A stretch of DNA of 54,150 nucleotides from Neocallimastix sp. 'constans' (Eukaryota), in contig JBODTK010000146.1 in assembly GCA_050613775.1 (NCBI GenBank), positions 372,001 to 426,150 of the forward strand, given 5' to 3'. The notes under the pieces are model-generated. The model saw only the letters and a list, made by a program, of their open reading frames with translations, searched no databases and was not told the origin of the DNA. Below, in pieces: positions 42,083-54,150 of the stretch; position 1 is the first letter of the stretch; every line of letters starts with the position of its first letter. Position numbers and translations under genes: made by a program.

Positions 42083-44611
42083 ATGAAGTCATTAATATAT
42101 GTATTTACGTTAATAACAATAGTTCGTTCGTTAATTATTGATAAAAAAAATAATAATGAATATTTTCCAACAGCAACAACTAACGAACCAACTAAAGTTA
42201 CACTTCAAAAAAGAGCTAAAACAACAGAATATATAAGTGTACAGAATATTACAATTTTTGAAGAAGGCATGAAAGAATGGAATGACGATTGGGTAGAACT
42301 TTCATGGACAGTACCTGAAGGAAATAAAATAGTTGATGGTGTAATAAAAGTAGATTTGGTGAATAATGCTGGGTTTTCACTTCAAAGTAAAACTTTAGAA
42401 TCAAAATATGGTATAATGATTTTTGATTTTAAAATTTCTCCAGTAAACGGTCTGACAAGTTTAAATTTCATTTCATTTGATGAAAATGATTATGTCAATC
42501 AAGGAAATTACCTTTATACTGTAAATATTCCTTTTATTATATATATATATAGTATTATTATATACCAATTATAATTGATATAAACATTTTATTACTTTAA
42601 TATTAATAATAAATAAATAACATTATTAGGGAAATGATTACATGACAATAGAACAGGAAATTAAAAATCATGGAAAAAATACATTCATTGATAGTATTAA
42701 AAGATTTGCTTGGCAAAATTATGGAAATGAAAAAGATTATACTTTATATCTTAGAAGAATTATATATAGGGATATTGATTATATTATAAAAAAGTATGAT
42801 AAACCCCTTCCAATTTTTGACTCAGAAAGTTGTGCAATATCAAAATATTGGGATGTTACATCAACTAATAAGGATGTGATATCTTTTACAAGAGAAAATG
42901 GAAATTGTATTATGGAGATGACAGTATCTTATGAGAATCCTGCAATGTTTGAATTAATTAATAATAAAAGATTTACAGGTGGAAAATTTGAAGTTGTAGT
43001 CAAATCACAACAAGAAAAAGCATTATTTACTTGGTATGTCCTAAATTCAAATGATCCAAATGTTGATGAACAAGAAAATGATACATTTACCGTATCAGTA
43101 ATATATATATATTTTTTATGTTTTTGTTTTTTTTTTGTTAACAATAATAATAATAATAATTTTTGTTAATAATAAATTTTACAAATAACTAATTTTATAT
43201 ATATTAAATAAATATAAATTAAAATAGAAAGATTATAAATCTTTCGTAAATGAAGATTTTGAGACTACAGATGAATATAATACTATTAAAATTGCTCCTA
43301 TTATGGATGATAAGCTTACTTATAAAATATCTGATTTTAAATTTTATCCAATTACTGTAGATGAAAGTATTCCTTTGTATGATATTACACATATTGAGGA
43401 ACCTGATGTTATTCTTGATAACACTGGGTTAATATGGGATGATGATTCCTGGGGAAATACATATTGTGAATTCCAAGTTATAAATGAAAATATGGAATGT
43501 TCATTTAAAGGTAAAAAAGGTTTATGGCCAGCTTTTTCTTTCAAAACAACAAATAATTATGATGCAGGAACTCTTGTTATTGTTATGAAAGTTTTAGAAC
43601 CTGATAAAAATATAAATATTTTATCGTTTGATAGATCGGAAAATTATCATAACGTTATATCAATAAAAGCTACTACAGAATATGATGAATATAGAATCAC
43701 AATGCCAAGTTTCGAAAATTATGCTACATATAGATATGCCATTCAAGAAGCATCACAATCTGACAATACATACTATATTAAAAGTATAATATACTATCCA
43801 TCATATATTCCAATACCAGATAAGACATATACACCAGTTCCAACTAAAACTAAATCTAAAACAAGTACTCTAGGAAAAGATACACCAAAGGTAATACAAA
43901 AAAAAAAAAAATAAAAATAAAAAAAAAAAGAATATAATAATATATAAAGTAATAATAAGATAATGAATTGTAAAAGTTTTAGTAATACTTATTTTAAACC
44001 TATTTTACAATAACACACAAAAATTTATATTTTAAACATAATAAATATAATATATTATTATTATTATATTTATTTATTCTAATTTATTTATTTTTATTTA
44101 TTTTTTAATTTTTTATTATTATAAAAAATAAAAAATAATATAATAGACTGAAAAAGAAATATATAAAGAAAATGGTTATGGTAGTTGTTCTCTTCAAACC
44201 AAAATAATTGCAGTAGATAATGATGGAATTTGGGGTATAGAAAATAATAAATGGTGTGCTATCCTTTCAGATGACATAAATGTATGTATTTATTTAATGT
44301 ATTTTTTATAATAATTATAAAAGAAAAATAATATATAGAAATTAATATTTAAATAAATATAATAGAGTTCATCATGTTGGTCAATTATTTATGGATATCA
44401 ATGTTGCAGTTCTGATGCAATTATAGAAGAAGGAGCAGTTTGGGGAGAAGAAAAAGACGGTACTAAATGTGGGGTTGATAAACAAGGTATATGTTGGGCT
44501 AATGAATTAGGATATGACTGTTGTTCTAAAAGAGATACTAAAATTATTTTTATTGATGAATCTGGTGCTTGGGGTGCAACAAAAGATAATAAATGGTGTG
44601 GAATTATTTGA
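42083..44611 (+). CDS. Secreted non-catalytic cellulosomal protein: 3 CBM29-like modules, Thr/Lys linker, 3 fungal dockerins (paralog A)
   Basis: Signal peptide MKSLIYVFTLITIVRS and dibasic LQKR. Three internal repeats (..W..SW..AGFS/AFS.K..GG/AG.L..R.A.Q..Y.). Linker TPVPTKTKSKT. Dockerins DNDGIWGIENNKWCAI, CWSIFYGYQCC..WGEEKDGTKCGV, CWANELGYDCC..DESGAWGATKDNKWCGII. Exons ~42083-42520, 42630-43097, 43228-43890, 44147-44281, 44365-44611. Confidence 0.85.
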
Positions 44612-45287
44612 CCAGATTATTTTAGCAATACAAAAGTTTAAAAAAAAAAAAAAAAAAAAAAAACTTATTTTATAATATTAATATATATTAATATATATTA
44701 TTAATATTAATAGTAGTTCATATTATTTAAAAAAAAATTATTATTTGTAACAAAATATGTCTTTATTGTTATGAAGTAATTTAATCATATACTTATATAT
44801 TATAATTTTTTTTCGTGAATTATAGTATTAAAATTTGTTCTTTTTAATCATAATATTTATTTTTATTTATTTAATTTATTAATATTATGTTAAAAAATAT
44901 TATAATTATAAATAATTACAATATTTTTTAAAGTTTTAATATATTTTTTTATTCATAATTATATTATTATAAAATTATAAAAAGTATAAACATAAATATT
45001 ATTACATGTTTCATATTATGAACAAAATTTTACTATTATATGACAATACGATGATTATTTGAAAAAATTCATTACTAATTTTAAAATAATAAAATCATAT
45101 TTAAAATAATAAATAATATTAATAAAAAAATATTTATAAATATTAAATAATAAAATATATATCCATATAATTTTTGATATGAATTAATAGGGAATAATTA
45201 AAGAAACATTTCTTTATTTTTTTTTATAATTTTAAGCAAAAAATATACTTAAACAAGTTTTTATTTTATATTTATGCTTTAATTCTT

Positions 45288-45438
45288 CGAATGTTTTTAA
45301 TAATTATAAGTAATTATTACTTTAAAAAAACAAAATGAAATACCTATTTTTGGAAAAATTATCGAATGTTTTTAATAATTATAAGTAATTATTACTTTAA
45401 AAAAAACAAAATGAAATACCTATTTTTGGAAAAATTAT
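45288..45438 (+). repeat. Tandem duplication of a ~75-bp unit
   Basis: cgaatgtttttaataattataagtaattattactttaaaaaaacaaaatgaaatacctatttttggaaaaattat occurs twice, differing by one A in a homopolymer run. Confidence 0.9.
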
Positions 45439-46045
45439 TAATAGTAAAAAATTAGAAGATTTTAAACAAATCTTAATAAATATTTTTTTATAAAAAAAAT
45501 TATAATAATTAAAGAATAAACTAAAAATAAAAATAAAAATAACCAATTTAAATATTCTAAATTAGAATAATAATACTTTTATACAGAATTAAAAATACTT
45601 AAAAATAAGTATATATTTCAAAATCAATATATTATTATTTATAACTTTTTATAACTAATATATTAATATAAATTATTTTTAATTTTTAAATATTTAAAGT
45701 TTAAAATTAAAATTTATAATAAATCTTTAGTATATTAATCCACATTTTTTTTTTTTTTTTATTTTTTATTTAAAAAATAAGGTTAAAATTGAAAGCTTCA
45801 TAATTTTATATATATATATATATATTATATTAAAAATATATATATATATATATTTTTGACAATTTCATTTTTTTCTTTTTTTTTTTTTTTCTCCTTTTTT
45901 TAGTATTTTTCTTTTACTAAAAAAAAAAAAATAAATAAATAAAATAAGGAAAAATTCTCAAATAAAGTAAACGAAAAATTCACTAAAATTCAATAAAAAC
46001 AATACTTTAAAAAAAAAAAAAAAAAAAAAATTAAAAATTTAGTAA

Positions 46046-48441
46046 ATGAAACTATTAATATTTATAAGTCTTTATGTAGCCGTAGTTAATTCTATGGTAG
46101 TTCATAAAGCACCTACTTTAACATCAAATGAACCAACAAAAATTAATAAGTATAAAAGAGCAAAATCAACTTCTTTTATTGATGGAGAATCGTATATTGT
46201 TTTTGATAAAACAATGGAAACTTTGAATGAAGATTGGGTGAGTGATGGATGGAATTTAAAAGAAGATGCTGTTAAGATAATTGATGGTACTATTCAAGTA
46301 GATATGCCAGCAGGTGCTGGTTTTGCTATATCAAGTAGAAGCTTAGATTCGCAATATGGTGAATTAACCTTTGAATATAAGCTTTCTGTAACTGATTCAA
46401 CTACAAAATTAAATCTACTTACTTATGAAGGTGATAACCCCGATAAATATATCTACTTACAAACTTACCTGTATTCTGTAATTAATATATATTTAATATG
46501 CTGTACATCTTATGAATAAATATTATATGTATATATGTTTATTAATTTAATATTTTAATATATTTACAAACAAAACATAAAATAGGGGGAAGATTATGAC
46601 ACAGTAAAAATTCCTATTAAAAATTATCAAAAAAATGAATACATTTCCAGTATAAAAAGATTTGCATTCCAAAATTATGACAATAATAAGGATTATAAAC
46701 TATATTTAAGAAAAATAGTATACAAAGATATCAAAATAGAAGTCGAAAAATACGAAGCACCAATTTCTATAATAGATACAAAAGAATGTAAATTATCACC
46801 TTATTGGGAAGATATATCTGAAAATCCAAATATCTTTACTTTTGAGATGGTTGACAATGAATGTATAATAAAAATTGATACTGTGATGGATGAAGGTGTA
46901 TCATTTAAATTTAAGTCTGGAAAATTCTATGGTGGTAAATTTGAAATGGTAACAAAATCAGAAAATAATGGTTCTCTTATTTATTGGAGTGCATCAAATT
47001 CTGACGATCCAGACACCTTTAAAGAAGGAAAAAGTTATCAATTAACTGTAAGTTAATTCTTTATATTATTTATATTATATACTTATTTAATTTTATTTTT
47101 GCTGATTAATAAATAAAATAAATATATTAAATTATTAATTGTAAAAGACTTCTTATAATACGTATGTTGATAATGAACTTGAAGATGTTGACTCTGAATA
47201 TGATACTATTAATATTTCAACCTTTTCAGATAAACTAGAATGCTCAATATCAAAGCTAACATTTGCTCCAATTCTTGTTGATTGTGAAATTCAATTATAT
47301 GAAACTACCCACATTGACGAACCAGATGTTATTCTTAGTGATGGTGAATTATTATGGGACCCAAAAATTTGGGGAAGTACGAAATGTGAACGAGAAGAAG
47401 TCAATGGTTACATGGAATGTTCATTTGAAGGTAAGCCTAGTTCATGGCCAGGTTTCGGTTTCCAGACTAATAATTCCTATGATAAAGGAACTCTTGTTGT
47501 TGAAATGAAAGTTTTAAATCCAAATCAAAGTGTTAATATAATTTGTTTTGATACTGATAATGTAAATCATAATGTCGAAACCTTTTTGGCAAAAACTGAA
47601 TTTGATATATATAAATTTAAACTTTTACATTTTGATGAATTAGCGACTAATGCATATGCTATTCAAGAAGCTTCTCAACAGGATAATACCTATTATATTA
47701 AAAATATTGTATATTATCCAGACTATATTGAAATTCCTAGTTCCCCAATTCCTACTAGGACTAAAACTAACACAAAAACTCCAACAGATCCACCAAAGGT
47801 AATTTAATCAATTAAAAAATATTAAATAAATATCAAATAATATTTTCACAGTAAATTTATGTTATTGATGACATAATGAATAATTAATTTGTTTAAATTA
47901 ATAAATAATACTTATTATATCATAATTATTATAAAATTAATAAATTTATTTTAATAATATATCAGACAGAAGAAGAAATATATAATGAAAAAGGATATAA
48001 TAGTTGTACATTGGGAACTAAAGTTTCATTTACTGATGTAAATGGTATTTGGGGTATAGAAAATGATAAATGGTGTGCTATACTTAGTAAAAATCTTGAG
48101 ACCGTAAGAAACTTACAAATGATACTATAATTTAGATAATGTGATAATTTAATTTTTATTCCATAATTATTAATATTTAAAATAATAATCATTATTTTAT
48201 ATAAATTTAGTGTTGGTCTATTCTTTATGGTTATAAATGTTGTACTGAAAGTGCTACAGTCAATGAAGGATCTGCTTGGGGTAATGAAGAAGATGGTACT
48301 AAATGTGGTATTCAAAATGCCTGCTGGGCTGAAGAACTTGGATATGAATGTTGTTCCAGAAAAGATACAAATATTATTTTCATTGATGAAAATGGTTTAT
48401 GGGGTGCAACAAAAGACAATAAATGGTGTGGTATTGTTTAA
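46046..48441 (+). CDS. Secreted non-catalytic cellulosomal protein: 3 CBM29-like modules and 3 dockerins (paralog B)
   Basis: Same architecture and intron layout as paralog A: signal peptide, NEPTK..KRAK, shared IKRFA.QNY.N.KDY.LYLR, MECSF.GK..WP.F.F, YAIQEASQ.DNTYYIK, dockerins ending WGATKDNKWCGIV. Exons ~46046-46477, 46586-47047, 47148-47798, 47966-48103, 48211-48441. Confidence 0.85.
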
Positions 48442-48956
48442 ATCAAGCAATTAAAATTCAAACGAAAATTGAACTTCAAAGGAAAGAAATAAATTTTTTA
48501 TAATATATTTAAAATAGAAAATATTAAAAAAATAAATATATATGTATATTGTAAATTAACAAAAATGAAAATATATTTTAATTACGTATTTTAATTTATT
48601 AAATTTAATATTAAAATAAAAGTTTTTTATAAAAAATATTAATATCAAAATAATTATAAAGAAAAATTTTCAAAAAAATTAATGAATATTAAAATTTTCA
48701 TATGATGAATTTAAAAAAAAGTTTTAATTTTTAAAGTTCATATTGATGTAATAACTAAATAGGAAATAGAGCTTTATGATTTGAATTTACAATAAAACTT
48801 AAAATCAAAAATTCTCCCATTCTTATCTAAAATATTACCCTGGATAAAATATTATTTTTCCAGTAATAATCTCCTATTTATTTAACAGTACTATTGATAC
48901 AATTTTTATATTTTCATAAATCTTTACATAAAATATAAATCTATATTTATACAATC

Positions 48957-48995
<39 letters not shown>

Positions 48996-49369
48996 AAAAA
49001 AAAATAATAATAATAAAATTAAAATAAAAGTAAAATTGTGAATTTTTAAAGTAAGATGGTAAATTTGCTTTTAAAACAAAACTTATATTTTTTTTTATAT
49101 AAAAAAGTCATTTTATAGATAAAATTTCCTAATTTCTCAAAAGAAATTTGAAGAATTTAATTAATAATTCTTTTAATTTATAGAAATGTATTTTTATTAA
49201 TTTTTTATTTATTTATAAAATAAAGTTTATTCCTAGTCTTAAAAAAATGATAATAAAAAATCGTTGGATATTCCATATAGTAAAATTTTAACGATAATAA
49301 TACTATTTTTTTATAACTTTACGCATTCTTCTTGAAATATGTGATTACTCAGGTATGATGTAAACGCAA

Positions 49370-50340
49370 ATATGAATAATGTAGAATAAATTCTGATAGT
49401 AGTAACGAAGTATATAATATTAATAATAATAGCCATAGAAATAATTTTGTTAATAATAGTAGTATTAGTAATAGAGAAAATTGGTTTATTAATATTAATG
49501 ATAGTGAAAATAATAGTATCGTTACTAATAATGTAGTGAATAGGTCAACTGGTGATAATCGTGTTAATATAAGTAATTTTCTGAATAATGAATATGTAAT
49601 ATATATGTGACGTGGTATCGATTATATAATTTCCTTCTTGGTGGAAGAGATGATTGAAATTATAAAAAGGAATGGGATGTTTTGTTGAATAATAAAATCT
49701 TTTCTTATTCTAAAACGCCATTCTTGGTGCGGTCTGTGGCTCTCTTTACAGAAATTATGCTTAGTGATAGCACTCGACAAATATTGCTTTTCCGACAGTA
49801 TATGCGCAAACTGACAAGGGACATGGCAGGAAAATTGATCAAGGCTATGGATTATAAGAATAAAGAATTTGAGAAAACTAGAGATTACTTAAAGCTCAAC
49901 TTTAAGTATCCTGAATATAGTATTGGTTTTCGATAGATACTTCATACCAGATGTGGATATAAATTCGATACTCGTGTTGTCAAAGCCACCAATATGATTG
50001 AAGACGACTGTCCAGAATGTTGTCCTTATTACAGAGAAAATAGTAATTCTTGATTGGAACATTGATTTTCTACATGCTACCTTTTCTCTGAATTTCGAAT
50101 GAAATATTTTATGAATATTGAAATTCTTTATGAAAAGTATTTTTAATTACCAAATATTGTCCAATATCAAATAGTAATGTAAATACTGTTGTCACACATA
50201 TTAATAATGTAGAATCAAGTACTGATTTTATAGTAGTAACGAAGTGTATAATATTAATAATAATAGCAATTGTAATAATGTTGCAAATTATAATTATTGT
50301 ATTGATAGTGAAAATAGGAATATTAATATTACTAATACTT
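49370..50340 (+). mobile_element. Degenerate LINE-like fragments in permuted (head-to-tail) order
   Basis: 49370-49820 matches the 22754-23440 fragment (YVTWYRLYNFLLGGRD, SKTPFLVRS). 49820-50150 matches the zinc-knuckle region of ORF 37016 (YPEYSIGF..RCGYKFD..CPECCP..EH*F.TC). 50150-50340 re-enters the N-rich tract. Many stops and frameshifts. Confidence 0.7.
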
Positions 50341-51647
50341 CTTTTTTATTAATTTAAGTTTTTATTAAAATAAAATTTTATAAAATTGATATATTTTTAT
50401 TTTATATTCATTTCTCCATTTCAAATTACTGATTTTAATTGATAATTCGTCAATATAAATATAAATAGTAATTTATTTATTAAATATATATGTTCATATA
50501 AAATATCTAATTTATAGATTTTTAACATTGTGTAGTGCTCTAGTATTCAATTAATGATGTAGATATAGAAAACAATTTTAGAATTCATTCAAAATATCAC
50601 AAAATATATGTAAATATATTTCGATAATTTTCTTTACAACTATTTTATTTTTTTTTTTTTTTCTACATTATCATAAATATTGTTACCATTGATTACTTAC
50701 TATAAAATTACAATTCAAATTTTCCGATAATTAAAAATCAATAAGTATTTATTTATTAAAATATCATAATTATAATATTATTAAAATTGAAAAGAATATA
50801 AAAATTATTAATCGTATGATTTTCATGCAAAAATAATTTATTATTTAAAATATAATAGTACAATAGTGAAAAAAATTAAAAATAAAACTCAATTTATATC
50901 ATTTTATTATATTAATATTTATATATTATAGATATATATTTACTGAACTTTATTAAAAGTACCTTTCAAAAAATAAAATAATAAATTATTTATGGCTAAA
51001 TTATAAATAATTTTCTTTCATTTTCAATTTAAATTTTTTTATTTTAAAGAAAGAAAAAAAATAATTTATTAACTTCTCGAAGTTACACAAAAAATTAAAT
51101 TCTTCTTAAATAAATTTTCCAATCATCAATAATCAATATATAATAATTTTATTTTTTTTTTTTTTTTAAAAAAATTAAATATTTCAAAAATCAATAATTT
51201 CTTATATTTAATACATTTAATAAAAAATAAAAGATAAATTTTATTATCTTATATATTTTTTATTTTAATAAGTTTTTTATTTAAAGGTAATATTAAATTA
51301 TTTAATAATAAATATTATATATTTATTATTTTATTATATTAACAATTAAAATAGAATAAACAAATATTAAAATATAATAAACATATAAAGTTTTAATTTT
51401 TTTTTTTTTTTAAAATATTTATTTTAAAGCAATAATTAAATAGATTGACATATATTAAATCAATAAAAAATTTCAATAATTATAAGTATAATAATTAATA
51501 TAAAAATAAAAATTAAAATATTAAAAATTGCTTTTAATAACAATAGCCTTTAATAAAATATATAAATTATTTATCTTCAAATATATATATAAATTATTTA
51601 TCTTCAAATATATATATAAATTATTTATCTTCAAATATATGTATATA

Positions 51648-51705
<58 letters not shown>

Positions 51706-51850
51706 AATCAAAATGAATATAATTAAATAATTAATAATAACAACATAAAAATTGAATATTCACGCATTTATTAAATTTTATATTTCATATAATAACTATA
51801 AATTCTTTCAAAATATAAAAATGTATATTAAAATAATACAGTATAAATTC

Positions 51851-53262
51851 ATGGCAAGAAAAAGAAAGAGAAACGATAATGCTAAAAATAAATTTACAAA
51901 TGAAGAAGATGAATACATTGCATTTGATGAAAATAAAAGAATGTAATTAATTATTAAATGAAATTTTAATTTATATGTGTATAATATCAAAAAATTAATG
52001 ATATAAATTAATTTCAAAAAAATTAAAAATTTATAAACTTCTATTTTTTTTTTTTTTTTTTTTTTTGTAATGTAATTTAATAAATTCAACAATAATAGGG
52101 AATTTTTAACAGGATTCCATAAAAGAAAACTTGAAAAAAAGCAAAGAACTATAGATAGAATTAATAAAAGAATAAAAATGGAAGAACAAGAAGCTAAAAA
52201 AGAAGTATTTAATTTAAAAAAAAAATATATATATATATATATAATCATTTATTTAAATATCTATATTATAAATCAAATTAATTTATATATATATTTATTT
52301 ATTTATTTATTTAATTTATTAATTAGTTAATTATTAATTAATTGACTATTAATTTATATTATTATTTATTTATTTAAATAGTTAGTTAATTAGTTAATAT
52401 ATAACTTGATAGCGAACAAATTATATATTAACTTATTTACTTATTTATTTATTTATGATAATTAGAAACGTAAAAGCGAAAAGGATTCAAAATTAAAAAT
52501 CTTACACACATTAGAACATATTGAAAAAGTTCAAAAAGTAATTGATGGTGCCCCAATCAATACATTAAATTCTGATAATGAGTCTGAAAATGAATTTAAG
52601 GATATTCCAAATAAAGAAAATAATATAGAAAAAGTAAAAAGGACATCAATATCTTCTGATGATACCCGTAAAAAAAATATTGAAAGTATATCAGAATATA
52701 AAGGAAATAAAACTCTTACAACTGTTACTACCGTTTCAGGTTTTGACCTATCAAATCCTTTAGCAGATTTTGAAAATGAAATTAATGAATTAAATCATAA
52801 TAAAAGTAAAAATAACTATAATAATATTACTTATGAAGATGAAGTAATTGTAAAACCAAGTCAACATAGAGAATATTTAATTAAATCAGTTAAACAAAAA
52901 AAGAAGTATAATAATAATGTTAAGTAAGTTTTATACATATAGATAGATAGATAGATATTACTATATCTATATTTATTATATATATTTTTTATTATAATTA
53001 AATTTATTATATATATTATTTTATTTATTGATTAATTATAACGCTAACAAAATTTTATATATATCATATTATTTTTATATTTACATTTTTATATTTTTCA
53101 TTATTATTTCTATTATTATTAATATTATTATCATTAATATCGTTATTATTATTATTATTATTATTATTAATATTATAACAAATTATATGAATAAAAAATA
53201 GAAATAAAAATATTAAAGGGAAATTTAAAAATAAAAAGAAAAGTAATAAAAAAAGAAAATAA
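51851..53262 (+). CDS. RRP17: Ribosomal RNA processing protein Rrp17/NOL12 (4 exons)
   Basis: Signature IAFDENKRM|EFLTGFHKRK, a TTVTTV segment and a basic tail. Exons ~51851-51942, 52099-52204, 52466-52923, 53202-53262. The last exon is uncertain because an in-frame stop at 52925 is also possible. Confidence 0.85.
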
Positions 53263-53533
53263 ATATTTTTAATTTCCCTTTTTTTTTTTAAAAAATTTTT
53301 TTTTGTTTTTGTTTTTGTTCTATTTATTTATTTTTCAGTAATTTATATATATATTAATTTATTTATTTTTCAATAATTTTAATATTGTTATTATCATTAT
53401 TATTTAATTATTTATAAATATTAAAAAAATAAAAAAATAAAAAAATAAAAATAAAAATAAAAATAAAAATAAAAATAAAAAAAAATGAAAGAAAAAGAAA
53501 AGAAATATACTGTATGAATTTTTTAAAATTCAA

Positions 53534-53564
<31 letters not shown>

Positions 53565-54150
53565 TAACAAACTATATAGATTTCAATAACTAATATTAAA
53601 TAAAATATAATAAATATATATTCATTACTTTATTATGTATATATAATTTATTACATTAGTATAATATAATTTTAATAAATAAATATACATATATATATTG
53701 AGGTAATTATATTAAATGTACTTAAGTAAGTTTTGAAAGAAACCTTCAACTTTAAAAGGTATCATTCTTCTTGAATTATTAGTTCTAATATCAATTTAAT
53801 TCATATAGATCCAATATATATAATTAATTTTCAAATTAATAATAAATGTTTAAATATTATATAATTAATTTTAAATCATTATATGGTATTTTATATAAAT
53901 GGTCTATAAATACCTATAACCATAAGATTAAACATATTATAAACATCATTCACTTCAATATTATATACCATTTTATAATGTGTCGTATTATATGAAAGTT
54001 TCATTTCAAAAAAAATTTTAATAAATAAATTTTTTATGTTTTATTTTTTATTCATTGTGAATACATCTTTATTATTTTCACTTAAGTAATAAAAAATATA
54101 TTTAATAAAATATTATTAAATAATTATTTCTATTACAATTTTTTCAAAAA

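Noticed and set aside
53690..54000. Slightly more complex sequence near the window end
   Set aside because: No convincing frame, splice pattern or repeat match.

Overview
Extremely AT-rich, intron-rich eukaryotic DNA. The fungal-type (CBM10-like) dockerin genes point strongly to an anaerobic gut fungus (Neocallimastigomycota); this is inferred from gene content. Housekeeping genes, spliced by eye: EB1/BIM1, a divergent mitochondrial-carrier protein, a thioredoxin with a C-terminal membrane anchor, PRP43, SHMT with an organellar-type presequence, LSM1, mannose-6-phosphate isomerase and RRP17. One unassigned gene follows the N-terminal pattern of NELF-A. Two tandem paralogous secreted proteins each carry three CBM29-like modules and three dockerins. 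Accessory DNA includes two copies of a degenerate LTR-retrotransposon-like element that share ends but differ inside. One copy carries a pseudogenised membrane-anchored ADP-ribosyltransferase, which is split by a precise 1259-bp insertion without a target-site duplication. Also present are three 3' fragments of one LINE-like family, a 2.9-kb foldback element with inverted minisatellite arms, a tRNA-derived SINE-like element and many microsatellites. Exon boundaries and family calls come from manual reading and recalled family motifs; no database search was run.
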